Shown here in pieces: positions 1-12,900 of a stretch of DNA of 64,000 nucleotides. The position numbers and the translations under genes are program-made. Numbering within the stretch: position 1 is the first letter of the stretch; each line of letters opens with the position of its first letter. A model generated the notes under the pieces. It was not told where the DNA came from. It searched no databases and saw nothing but the letters and a program-made list of their open reading frames with translations. Source of the stretch: Enoplolaimus lenunculus (taxonomy: Eukaryota); assembly GCA_030248215.1 (NCBI GenBank), contig JASANG010001402.1, positions 1 through 64,000 of the forward strand, given 5' to 3'.

Positions 1-634
1 TTTTTACATCAACCATAATTCGTCATTTATATTCTAGTATTTATTTCTTGTTTTAATATTTCGAAACAGTGGATCACATGTCTATTTGGCCGCTGTCAGA
101 GAAAGTTGCGGATATGTTTCCGTTACGCAGTCAATCAAACTCAATGATTTAACTTTTATTAATTCTATAGTATTGTTGTGTCGTGTTTCGGGAGGACGCT
201 GATTGGCATCAAATTAATCTAGTTTTAAAACTTTATACGCATGCATGGAAATTGTAATACTAGCGGTATTGAACTAAAAATCTTACTACCCGAAACATAT
301 CGTTTTCTATGGCCACATCGGGGCACTTTTCATTCTAGTATATAATGTGTTAAGCTGTTTAAATTCAATTTTCCTAATTCAATATTGCACTAAGATAACG
401 TTAATGATGGGTATTGAAATGTCGATTCTAAACTATAACGGATTTAAATCGACATTTGACATTTTAAACTAAATAAAAGAGCAAATTTAAAAAAAGAACC
501 GACAAACGCTTTACAATACTATACCAGTGTAAATTCCACACTCACTAACACATATCTCAGATAATGACCATTGCAACTGAAATTTGCGCTTAAAATTAAC
601 ATCATTAAACACGTTTCTGACGGCGGACACAAAC

Positions 635-3600
635 CTGCGCCGCTCCAGTCATTGAGTCTGCCTCATCAAGAATGACCAACTTCAACGGAAGACATGGTCG
701 GCCATCTGGTCTAGTAGAAGCCACTGAATATTGTGAGAATGTTTTCACTTTGTCACGAATCACTTGAATGCCACGTTCATCTGATGCGTTCAATTCAAGT
801 ACACGATCTTTGTATAATTCATGACTGAAACAAAATATTGTTACAAATTATTTTAAGATGAAGATACCTGAGCACACTTTGAGTCTCTTACGTATTTGGT
901 TTCGACTTAACTTTTAACACCCACAATATACTGTTATATCTTCAGCTTCAAAGCTATAAAAACTGTGAAAAATTATTTCTATCCAAAACATTGCACTATA
1001 GACTAAAAGATGATCAAAATGTTATGATATGAGATAGAGTAGATATTGATTGAAAAATAATAAAAAAAGACTGATAAAAGAAAAAAAAAAAAAAAAAAGA
1101 AAAAAAAAGAGAATATAAAAAGAAAAAAAAAAAAAAAAATAAAAAAAATAATATATTTAATATAAAAAAAAAAAAAACTGAACGACATATAAAAAGCGTT
1201 TGTCGTAAATATAAACAATGCACAATTAACATTGTTTTAAGTAGAACAAAAACAAGTTCAGCAGTCCAGACATTATAGCTCTTACCCAAATAATTCCCGA
1301 GCAACAGCTAACGCGGCTGAGGTTTTTCCTGTACCAGGAGGGCCGTAGAATAAGAAATTTGGCAACTGAAAATAATTTATTACACAGACTTTTCAGCGTT
1401 GTATTACGTATTTTATCTTTTATGCAGTTATGAAACGAGACATTCAAGAAGTTTAAACAAAACGTAGCACCCATTGGCTTCAACTTCAATGACACCGATA
1501 ACTGTTTATGCAAACGAAGTCAGCGCTACATCATACGTTTCGTGTATTTATAGCCGAGCAATTGTTCTAATACACAATAACACCAGACTGTACGTCAAGG
1601 TGCAACCAGCAGGGATGGGCGGTCTCGGTCGAAAAAACGAGACCGATAATCAACCTACAGAGACCGAGACTACCGTTTAATTTATACAATTAAACTAATA
1701 AATGGCCGCCAAACCTTATTATTTTACTTAACTTACACCAGTTAGGAATGGTGGTACAACGTCAACGATTGAAAACTTTCACATAATTGTCTCCAACTTA
1801 AACAGACGTTGCGCAAATATGAAAATGAACTATGGTGGATTATATCCGACGCGACAGTCGGTGCCAATATTAATGAAAACATTAGTTGGTGATCAACTCT
1901 GCAAAAAGCTCATTCACTTTGCTTGTGTCGTGCAAATTTATTTACTTGTTTACTTCCACACCTCCATACCTAAGCTGAAGAGTATGCCTAAATCTCAGCC
2001 ATCCATGTCATAATGTAGTAAGATAATCATTTTGAGGGAACTTGAGAGTATTAATACAGTCATAGTGTTGAATGAAGTAAACAAGTACCCAATTTTTAGT
2101 GGTTCACGCATGTACATTTAGCCTAAAATACGAGCAAAACATGGCTGCGTCCTTTCACCAACTCAAACTAGCTCAGCTACTAACCCGAGAGCAGCCAAGT
2201 CCCGAGACCAGTCAAATCACGAGACCAAGTTCGAGACAGACCATCCCAGGCATCCGGAATTCCAATTCCGATTAGAATTCCTATTCAAAACCACTTCCGA
2301 TTCCGATTGCACAATCAATCGGAATCGGAATTTTGACATTTTATTTTTAATCCTACTTGTTGTGATATGTTGCATAAAAATTCTGCATCATTTATCGATT
2401 ATATTGTCTTCGATGAGTTAACTGATCAATATATAATTGATTGTAGTTTAGCTTTACAGAACCAAAAAAAGATTTGCAATTTGTTTACGCGACGTTTTTG
2501 ATGATTGTTGCCAGCCAGCAGATACCCTAAATCAATATCAATATTATAGGTACTTGTTAATACAAATTATCCATGAAGTCACAAAATTTGTTATTCCGAC
2601 AACGTTTCCAATTCCGATTCGGGTACGTATAAATTTCTATTCCGATTCCGGTATAAATTCGCTGTTCCGATTCCGACTCCGGTAATACGTAAATTACGAT
2701 TCAAGCGCCATGTAGATTTGTATGTACATATATTTAACTTACATCTGAACCGGCAACGCATTTCTTGAGCACAGCCACTACTTCTTCTTGTGAAACAATA
2801 TCATCAACACATTTAGGACGACTGAAAGCCAATAAATATCTTTTATATATACATACGCATTCAATAAATCACCATTTATATATTTATTAGAAGACCAGAC
2901 ACATTCTACTAGAAACGCTGCCTATCGGATAAGTAGCGTATTACTTCGCTAAGTCACCATTTAAACTGGATAAAATCTGGAGTCTCGTTGTCAGAAAATA
3001 TTTTTGCAGTCTCGTGTCTGAAAATATTTCTGCAGACTCGTTGTCATAAAATATTAAGGGATAGGTACAACGAATATCCAGCTCCGGCAAAAATCAACAG
3101 CCAACGCCGGTGTTATACGTTGCCAGGTACCTATTTATAGCTGAAAAGTATTGTCGCTGTAGGTAGTAACCGGGACTTCAGTCCTTTCAACTAGGGATGC
3201 GCCGATTAATCGGCATCGGCAACGGTAATAATCCGCAGTTTTCGTGAGTATCGGCATCGGCACTGCAAAAAAATTGCCGATTCTTTGCCGATACTTTTTG
3301 CACATAACAGTCAGTTTGAATGCTATCAATTTCATTTCTGGGCGCATATCACTGTGTCCGGTCAGGAAAAGTGACATTTTCCTTGTGTTTGTGTTTGAAA
3401 AAATTAATTGAAATGAACCGTTCGTCTAAAATTATAATCGTTTACGTTGGTTAGGGTTTAAGTCTTCATATAATGGTGTAATGTAGTATTCTATCTGTTT
3501 GTTAAACATGGTGTACAGAAGTTACAATTGGCAAAATTTCAAAATAAGAATCGGCATCGGTATCGGCAAAAAATTTTGGTATCGGCACATCCCTACTTTC

Positions 3601-4447
3601 AACTAAGCAGCTAAAAAGCGGGTTGCGGTGGTTGTGAACTAGCGACCATCTGCGTGTCAGTCAGACGCTATTACCAGTGCGCCACGTGGCCCGCCTCCCC
3701 AACGGTTTCTATCGTTATACAGAGCACTGCACTACATCATGTGCACAATAACGGACAAGCATGTCTTACATGCTTACAAGTGTCACATAATTCGATATTA
3801 TACTTGTATTGACGACCAAAATCACAATACTTGGTTTTGAATTTTGTTTGAAATGATAAATATAAGTACTTCAAGATAGGGTGGAAACAAAGATTCGGAT
3901 TCAGATTCCTCAAAAATTTGCGGTTCGAATTCGGTTCTGAACGAGCCGAATCCAAAAGCCGATCGAACAAAGCTCGGCAATGTTTTTCCGTTTTAAACAA
4001 TAAAAAATCAAAATTTTTGTTTCAGGTCACAGATCTCAAAACTGATGCCACGCACGATATATATTAACGCTTCAAAGTCATGCGGCTGGTATTGCGTTGA
4101 TATTGTGGAAAAAATTATAGATATAAATGAAATGTGTAGCATGCAAGATTCGGATTCAGCAAAATAGCAATGAATTCAGATCCGGTCCATTCGTGGATTC
4201 GGTGCCATCCTGCTTCAAGAAACGTAGTTAATACTAAAACCCATGTAGAAACAAAAATACAACATATCATAGCATTTATATATGCGGTTCTGCTCTCACA
4301 ACTGCCAGGGCGGTATTTTTTGGTACCCATCCCTGAAACTTACTACTTTTCTACCCAAGGCCGAGCGTCTGTTTTATCTGCAGCAGAAGCAATCGCTTGC
4401 TTTTTAGGTTTACTTGGACCAGAATAGCCAGTCACGAATGCTTCCAT
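635..4447 (-). CDS. RFC4: Replication factor C subunit 4 (clamp loader small subunit); 5' four exons, gene continues toward or beyond the window start
   Basis: Exons 4447-4344, 2821-2743, 1365-1286 and 824-635 have GT-AG borders and splice in frame. They read MEAF...[27 protein letters not shown]...[16 protein letters not shown] (Walker A)...[21 protein letters not shown]...[15 protein letters not shown] (Walker B). These are RFC boxes, and DEADSMT..AQ is typical of RFC4 (yeast Rfc2). Confidence 0.93.
1052..1177. repeat. A-rich low-complexity tract in RFC4 intron 3
   Basis: Interrupted poly(A) runs are directly visible. Confidence 0.85.
1610..2249. mobile_element. Probable hAT-like MITE (CAGGGATGG termini, GAGACC subterminal repeats)
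   Basis: CAGGGATGGGCGGTCTCG...CGAGACAGACCATCCCAG imperfect TIRs. No clear TSD. Confidence 0.5.
3192..3595. mobile_element. hAT-like MITE (TAGGGATG family)
   Basis: TIRs TAGGGATGCGCCGAT / ATCGGCACATCCCTA with a perfect 8-bp TSD CTTTCAAC. Related copies at 13402-13854 (TSD ATATTAGA/ATATTAGG), about 13051-13384, 18690-19010 and 20800-21112. Confidence 0.85.
3617..3692 (-). pseudogene. Degenerate tRNA-derived sequence (Arg-like 5' half) in RFC4 intron 1
   Basis: The minus strand reads GGCCACGTGGCGCACTGGTAATAGCGTCTGACT..., resembling the 5' half of a tRNA with an A box. The 3' half is decayed (GTTCA remnant). Confidence 0.45.
3878..4212. mobile_element. hAT-like MITE (TAGGGTGG/CAGGGTGG family)
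   Basis: TAGGGTGG...CCATCCTG termini with a perfect 8-bp TSD CTTCAAGA. Homologous to 14113-14470. Confidence 0.82.
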
Positions 4448-5342
4448 TGTAACGTTATAGCACAGATAATTAATCTGAAACATTTGTTGGTTAATTTACG
4501 TGTCTACTGTATATGTTCTGCCTGACGGACTGATTAACTTTATTAATACGCAGTTGTAAAAGGAGTATAGGAAACAATACACTTCATTCGCTGCTGCTGT
4601 CTGATCGAAAACTGTTGATGATGCATAGTTAACAATACAGAATACGCATATAGATAAAAACATTAATCTTAATTCGCACATTGCACTAGCAATATCATTT
4701 CTCTTAGCCGAAATTTTCGATACATTTTAATTAAAACAGCAAATTTTAAGCATCTAATTTCAATGTAACTTGCTCTAAGTTACAACAGTTAACTTCGCTA
4801 TGGTTCGGAAACTAACTTCTTCAACGAAGTCGCGCTCAGAGACCGCCAATTTAGTATTAATTAAAAACTTGCAAATTTATGACCAGAATGATCAAATTCA
4901 AATTTGTGCATGCCGACTGATTTATTTTCAGAACGAAAAACATTTAAAGCTTAGTAATGCACAAAGTTTATTGCATTGAAAACTTGCACAATCATGTTTC
5001 GCTCCAAAATTTAGTTTTACAAACATGCAGCTATTTTGTCTGACGCTACAGTAACCATACGGTAATATTTTAAGCCATTCGCTGGCTAATTTCAATGATA
5101 CCAGGATAAATACTCATTATCAGCATGTGGGAGCAGACAGGGGTTGGGGCTCACCAACTCTATGCTGGAGGCCCGCGACGTAGAGGTAGATCTACAGAAT
5201 TTTCCGGTGTTCGAACTTAGGTTCTCCTTTCGAGCTCACGCTCGAGTTGATAGCTGTGAGGACACCCTTCCGAAAAAGTTTCACACAAAAGTTGCCAAAT
5301 GGTGAATGTAGAGAGTGAACTCATCTTTAAAATGAATTACAC

Positions 5343-5362
5343 TTTTCGCGCGTAGCGGAAAA
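5343..5362. promoter_or_regulatory. Candidate E2F-type sites in the RFC4/NCAPH divergent intergenic region
   Basis: TTTTCGCGC is followed closely by an inverted TAGCGGAAAA, between two cell-cycle genes. This is a motif match only. Confidence 0.3.
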
Positions 5363-6547
5363 TTTTACTATTTTCTTTTAAAGTATACAGTTCAAATTTT
5401 AGGTAATACAATCTTCATATTGCTAATAACCAGTGAAGACAGCGCACGGCACAGATCACTTAAAGATTTGTTTTATTACCTTCTTTATTTTGTTAGCATT
5501 TTAGCAGTTTGGCGGTTTATAAAGGCCTGTGTAGCGTCTAAAGCCATTGAAAAATTTGCGGAATGGTATGATTGTGTGAAACTTGTGACCGAAGCGAGCA
5601 AGAAGCCAAACGTATTTCAAAACTTCGACAATCAATTTTTCTTCTATCAGATTAGGGAGGGTGCTCCCCAAATGTGGGGTATGGGGGTGACTGCTCCGGC
5701 CCTTGCATTTGAAGCGTTGGAAAGGTTTGTTTTGCAGATGCCGAGATGCAGACGTTGAATTGACCAAATAAAGTTTAATCAACCTGCAACTTCAAACTTT
5801 CTACGTCAACATATCCGCTACATTGTTTTGCAATAATCTGAAGCTCAGACTGAACAATTTCCTCGCTAAGCCATGTATTCTTTTGCTATAATACGTTTTC
5901 CAATTTAATATCCGATTTTCGCTTCCGCAATTATACTGTTAGTGTAAAGCGTACAAATAACGGGTTTATTGTGATGTCTGGGCAATATTGGGGGGCTGTG
6001 CCACCAACCGGCACATTAGGGGGCTGTGCTCCCCCTGCCCCGACATTTTTTGACAACACTAGCGCCTAAAGTACTCAATGGTTGTCACTGCAAGTTTTCT
6101 CTCCAGAAACTTGCACGGTAATTATGAAGTTCATGTTTAAATCATAAATCCTCGCTAAGCCCTGTATTCTTTTGCTGTAAATCCGTTTTCAAATTTTTGT
6201 ACAGCTTGCACATGAATTATTTATTTACATTGCTAGTACGGTGTGCGCCGTTAAATTTTCAAGGCACTGTTTGCTGACACATGGAAGAATTTTCCTGGTT
6301 GTAGGTATCTTTAAGTAATTTTTACCCCAATCAAACTTCGACGTCTGTACCGGCTTGAAGATCGCCGGAACTTAGTTACTATGGGTTTGTGGTGATTATT
6401 TGCAATCGTTGAAAATTATTCTGTTTCGTTCGAAATTTCACTGTTCAGTGTGAGTATATGCGGTGTAGCTTGTGTAGGTGGAGAGTGTGTAATGTTAAGA
6501 CGCATACATAGTCGTGCGCATATACCACCAGAGGAAATTAAGATATC

Positions 6548-6619
6548 GGCCGCGTGGTGTAATGGGTAGCGCGCTTGATCGCGAGCGAGAGGTCCGAGGT
6601 TCGATTCCCGGCGTGGCCA
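6548..6619 (+). pseudogene. tRNA pseudogene or tRNA-derived SINE head (Ala/Pro-like)
   Basis: Acceptor stem GGCCGCG/CGTGGCC, A box TGGTGTAATGG and B box GGTTCGATTCC are present. The anticodon stem and T stem are mispaired and no T4+ terminator follows. Confidence 0.65.
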
Positions 6620-6901
6620 TATCTTTCGGAGAAATTTACGAGAAAAATCAAATATATTCGCAGTATTTCGGAGGAAGGGGTCGTCCCGACCGTGCAGTTC
6701 TGACATTCAGTAAGATTTTTTCTCTCGAATTTGAATAGACGTGTTTATTCTTTTTAACCTCTTGTTGCACCTGGCAGCTGAATTCAGTGAATGTTATAGG
6801 TTGCTACAATAGCTACCGTATAGAATGTTGTTGCAGCCTGGCTGCGGTAAACTTTTCAGAGCTTTGATTTATTGACTTACATTAAAATTACTTTTGATAA
6901 C

Positions 6902-9900
6902 ATGTCAAATAGACGAAGCATTCGTCGGTCATCTGGTGTCAACAGAAGCAACCTATTTTCTCCGAGAGACCACAATGTTGACAAGATCAAACGGTGCGTA
7001 ATAAGCTATCGGGCTGCAAATTTAACAATTGATTTATAGTTGAGTAAAATTAATAACGTAACCGGGAACGACATGTCCTTGGGATAACGAGTGACAATTT
7101 TAAAAATCATCACTCGTTAACCCCATCTTGGCACAAATTTTTGATGTAACCCCGCCCTCAAAACACAAACACACTAAACACAAACGTCGTGTGTGTTAAA
7201 TGCGTGCAAACATTGTTATTTGTATATATACCAGGGTACAACCGGATACCAAAAACTGACGGAGCCGGAGCCGGATAATATATTATCCAGTCGGAACCGG
7301 AGTCGGATAGTTATTTCGTTGTTTAATTTAATGTCATATTCCTTTATAGTTTGTATTCTGGTTTAGCAAATCATATTACAGTTTTAATTAATGTTTGAGC
7401 GCACTAAATATGATTTTTTTCGTAAATTAATTCTATCACTAAAAAATACCACGAGCACATACATTTTCAAAAGCATAAACTGAGATATATTCGTGTGTAT
7501 GCATGCAAATCTAAGTATATATCCCACCGGAGCCGGATATCCGGCTGCATCCTAATATAAACACGTTCAAAACACCGTTGGAAACGAATCACAGCAATTA
7601 ACGGATTACAATTCTAAATTAAAAACAAACACATTAATTTTGTGTTGACTACGGTGGGGTTATATTAAAAATTTGTGCTAAGGTGGGGGTAACGAGTGAA
7701 AATTTTTAAAACTTTGATTTGTTTAACCCCAGGACATGTCGTTACCTGTGTCTTAAGAAGTTGTGTATAGTGAACCCTGCGTAAATGCTGCCTATCTTCT
7801 ATACGTATATAATTAAGAATTGCTTATTAAGTATGTAGGTAACAGAATGAAACACTGCGCAGAATGCTAGTTTCACTGAAAAATCAACAAATGCAATATG
7901 TATCTATTGTAAACGTTGAGCATAAAATGGTAAAAACATTTTTGAACTTTTAGGCTCAGTTTGAAATCTATTGAGACGACTCAGAAAACAGACACCAAGG
8001 CCAGCCAAAGCCTGAGATTGAGAGCGCCAATCCTTGGTGCATATATACCTGTCAGAATGCACTGTCATTAGGGTTATATTTTCAGGATAGAAATATCGTT
8101 ACCACGATTGTCTGGAGATAATGAAACATTATCAACTGTGTTTCAAGGAGTCTGTCCAGATACAACAACGGTCGAGTTGCAAGAAGTTGACGACAGACAA
8201 GAGTTACGCCAACGACATTTGAATCAGGTTATTTGTGGTAATAATTGGGTATGGGCGTCGTTTAAGATTGCGGGGTTCGACGTGACTTCTTGTTCCGGCC
8301 GGAATTCCTGCAAAAATCGATTCCGGTTCTTGTATTACAGGACACAAGAACCGAAGTTTTTACAGTGTTGTGTCAAACCATGTAAACATTAAAATGTTCC
8401 GTAGTTTTAAATAATATATAATTACTTAATTCCTGTTCCGACAAATATTAGTTCCGTTAAAGCCCTGGCATGTACGTGTTATTTAAGGAAATAGCAAACA
8501 GGGTATTCGTCTTGTTACCGTCAATAAATTCAGCCATTAATACTAGGTTGTTCTATTTTTTATTGTGGCAGAAGCGTAGTTGCTAAGGTTAACAGAACCA
8601 GATGGAATTGATAGTTTAACAAACTGTGTATCTATGGCCGAAGGTATATATCTCAGCTCTGCTAATGTTTACTGTAATAGTATATAATAAACAACTGTAA
8701 GGTTTTTAAACATTTTAATCCGCATATTGTGGAACCTCTGATTTAAGATGAGGGGCTTGGAACCCTTTCTTTGCCGACCATATCTTTTGAAGCACGGTTT
8801 TTCTGTTAAGCATAGGTGAAACGCGAAAAACATTTTGGAACTTGCTATCACTTAGGTACTGTAAAGTTAAATTTTTTCCTGCTTCAATTAATAAAGCCGA
8901 TTTTGAACGCATTGCGAATTTGCATATTTGCGCCATCTGATCAAAAACATAACTGTCTGTCTGTAGCATTTGACATCTGTTTATAGTGACGAACTTGAAT
9001 GATCTGATAGTTGATAGTATACTGATGAATCAATACTTCAGGTGTCAAACAGTCAGAATCAATTCCAAAGTCCATCTACGTCAGCAAATGCTGTTCAAAG
9101 GTATATATGAAAGTTTTAGGGGAGTTTCTGTTCAGGTATTGAAAAGTGTTTAACCGTGATTCCGGTTTTCGGTGGAATTCTTACAACTTGTCAATAATTG
9201 CTTGTTGCTTTACAGAGCCCAAAAAGTTCGCCAATTTGTTGATGCGGCGTTTTTGAAACTTGTTGCCTCCCAAGAGGTTGGAGACCTGATATATAGTTAG
9301 TTAAAGTGTAAAACTTATATAATTAAAGTGCTCAAATTAATTCAGCAGCTTAATCATAACGAATATGTGGAAATTGCATACGAAATGTTTTAATATCGAC
9401 TTAGGTATCTTTGGTTACAAATTTTTAATATATGTAGTTTATCTTTTCTTTAATGCCTGTTTTGTACTGGCATGGTGTCGCATTTATTGAGCGAAGCTCG
9501 GAGTTTCGCGAAGCGTTTTATGTTTTGTACTTGGGGGTCGAAAGGTGGATGTCCGTCCGTCCGTCTGTCCGTCCGAAAAGAATCTCAGGAACGGCTGAAC
9601 CGATTTTGATAAACTTTTTTTGTTTGAAAGCCAATTATACTGGGGTGTTAACCTCGCTTTGGGGTTTTAAAATCTTAAGCCGTTTATTAGCTACAGGCTA
9701 ATTTGCATAATTAATTAAGCCTAAATTAGGACTTTCCACAATATTTCACTAATTATTACAGTTAGAAGCAATCTAATTTTAGCATTAAAGGGTTTTTGGG
9801 TGCGAGGAATCTGCGTAGACTGTTTACAAACCTCCAAAACCGATAATTGAGCAGTTAGCTAATAGATAATTTGCATATTAGCATAGTTTATAAGCCTAAA

Positions 9901-12900
9901 TTAGGACTTTTTACAATCTTTCACTAATTATTAAGGTTAATTTCAGCACTAAAGGGTTTTTTGGTGCGAGGAATTTGAATGAATAGTTTACAAACATCCA
10001 AACCCGATAAGTGAATAGTTAGCTAATAGCTAATTTGCATATTAGCTTAATGGACAAGACAAAACTAGGACTTTTTAAATCATTTCAATAATTATTAGGG
10101 TTTACTGAAGGGTTTTTGGGTGCGAGGAATTTGAATAAATAGTTTACAAACATCCAAAATCGATAATTGAATAGTTAGCTAATAGCTAATTTGCATATTA
10201 GCTTAATTGCTTACATGCGTTCGAGCTTCGCTCAATAAATGTAGTCCCACTACGACTGGTCACTACTTAGTACGTAATAAGTTTTCGAACACTATAATTA
10301 AAACTACGGCGGGCTGATCGAAATATCTGCGCAGCATTACAGAAAATCAAATTCCAGAACAGTATACGTACATACACGTACGAAACTTCGTAGCTCGCTA
10401 ATCACTGTGTCACAGCAAAGTTACAAGAACTATTATCACCTGGTGAACACAAATGCATTCATTTGAAAGTACGAGCGCAGAATGGGAATCAGATAAAATT
10501 AAAAATGGCTAGTTTTTGGTTGGCTTGTAGGAGAATTGTGCAAACGGTTGGAGTAGATAATCGAAGTAATGCGCAAATTGCGGATCACTACTCAAAATGC
10601 ATTAAATTGCTCACAGAAAATGTAAGTTCAAGCGTTGAATGTTTTCTGTAACGTCAGTTAAATATGTAATTATTAGTATCTAAATTCAAGCGGTTAAAAG
10701 ACAGGAAACACGTTCTTCAATGTTGCGTATGCAGCATTTCTCAGTAATCACACTTCGAAGTGATATTCTACGAGTAATAAATTTTAATTCCGGCATTTTG
10801 CAGAAAATTGGGATCAAAAACGCGTTTAGCTTACATCTTATCGATTTGCTGCCAGACGTTTTGCGTGAAAAAGAATCCAGTGAGGGAACGACGAATTTTC
10901 AGGTAAGTTAGACTGACTATGATTTAAAAAAATTGTTTACACTTATATACAATAAAATAATGTGCGCATCTTCGTTTACCATAAATTTTAATTTATACAT
11001 ACATTTCTCCTATGACCTGTGCTCGCATAAAAATCACAAAACTTGTTCTTTGATGGAAGTTATTTGCTTTGGGTTATGAATGTGAAATACTTTTAAAATT
11101 ATAGGCATTAATTGTAATTAATCTTAAATTTGTATTATTTTAATTTTAAAGGCGGTCGATAAAGTTTTTCTTTACTCTTTTTACAAATATCTCAATCACA
11201 GGTAGCCGGCGCATCGCTGGACGCAAGTGCAAAGATCTACGCTTATCGCGTAGACGTTGTTCATCAAGCAACCTACCAAATGGTCGGCGGCTTGGGAAAA
11301 GGTGGCAAGGATGCGAAAGGTAACTTCAGTTAAAAAAATTGATTTCAAAATAAGAGTTATATAATTTAGAATTTTTGCCAATGTATTTTTAGGTAAAAAT
11401 TGTAGTTTATTTTGGATTGCAGTAGAATATCTTTTTCGGTTATTGTTTCATTTAATTGTTGTTGAAAAGAAATGTTGAATATTTGCTTCCTTTCAGGTAG
11501 ATTCGCGACAAATCACGATGATGGACAGGGTGACGGACTTGGAAATGATACCAGCGATTTGGAACATACTCCTCAAAAAACAACTGGCAAGAAAAAGAAA
11601 AAACGGAAGGTCTGGACAGTTATTGTTTCTGAAGGATTATTAAACACAATGGTACAACGAAGTACTTCAGGAACACTATATAATGTTAATACTTTTGTAG
11701 AACAAAGTTAGACGTATTTTAGCCATCCGGTTCCGGTATTCTTAGGTATCTGATGATATATAATTCTTATTTGAGTGCAAAATATATATTGTTATAATTC
11801 TTTATATTGTTTAAAACCAAACTCAAACCGGACGGTTCAGATCGAAGCTACTATTTTATTTTGATTTTAGGGTCAAGCCAGAACTATTGATAAGAACTTA
11901 CACAGTATCAATTTACCGTGTGTTGATAGCGAGCATCAGGTTAGTAATTTTCAGCTTGAATTTTAAGTATTCAGTTACCCACAATTCATCTTCCCTTCTT
12001 CACGTCCCTGGTTCCTTATAACAGCAGGTAGACGAGTAATTTTTGCGCTACTCTGGCCATTTTGGGATTACTCACGCAAGTAAGGATTTTCTAGTTTTTC
12101 TATTAAAACCAAATTCAAATACCGTTCATGCCGTAGGTTTGTGTAAAGTAGCTTTTGCTCAAAAATTGTCCAACGCCTTTCTTGTTGTTACAGTTTGATC
12201 CGCTGTTCAGATGCATTATGCTTCGACTTGAAGATGATGCCACTACCGCGGGCTTAGTGTCCAGTTCGGTGTTCGCAAATGATGACCAGTGTCGTCTTTT
12301 ACTGCATTCCTATCAAATTGAACCAGATCAATGGGAACCAAGATCGTTAGCTGGTAATGGGGCCGAACCTGTTGCGCTGTTTGAAGATCCGGTGTTTAAA
12401 GGTAAACATGTTTGTGTGAGCGACTGTGCTGTCGGCGTTTTTGCCTATTAAAATAAGCTTCATTATGAAACGGCAATGTTTCTTGCCGTTGTGTACGAAA
12501 AACGTTACCGGAAGGCGGAAATGAATCGTACTGAGAAGTGTTGGATAGATTGAAGCAAAACTGCATACTTTCATTTTAGAGTACAGCGATTTGTTTCCAT
12601 TGCAGCGCCGACGAAAAAAGCAATCGTATAATATGCATAGTTATTTGAGGATTTAAGATCGTAGCTTATTTTTGCCGGATAATAGGTTAATTTCTCTTTC
12701 AAGAAATAGATTTCTGAATTTGAGAAAGTTTTTGAATAAGCAGCTTTATATGTAGCAGTTTTTTCTCGTCGTGCCTATTATTCGATATAATGACTTGAAG
12801 AAGTGTAATAGATGAGGGTATTCTTGTAGTTGTATGTTTAAGATGCAATTTTTAAGTATGCTTTATTTTGTAAGTTGTGACGTTATTTTTTCTCCACGGT

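Noticed and set aside
1003..1304. Phe-rich ORFs
   Set aside because: Translation of an intronic poly(A/T) low-complexity tract, possibly low-quality sequence.
5861..6200. ~45-bp direct repeat (CCTCGCTAAGCC.TGTATTCTTTTGCT) at about 5861 and 6150, and short tandem duplications at 13428, 15762 and 28856
   Set aside because: Real but minor local duplications with no further structure evident.
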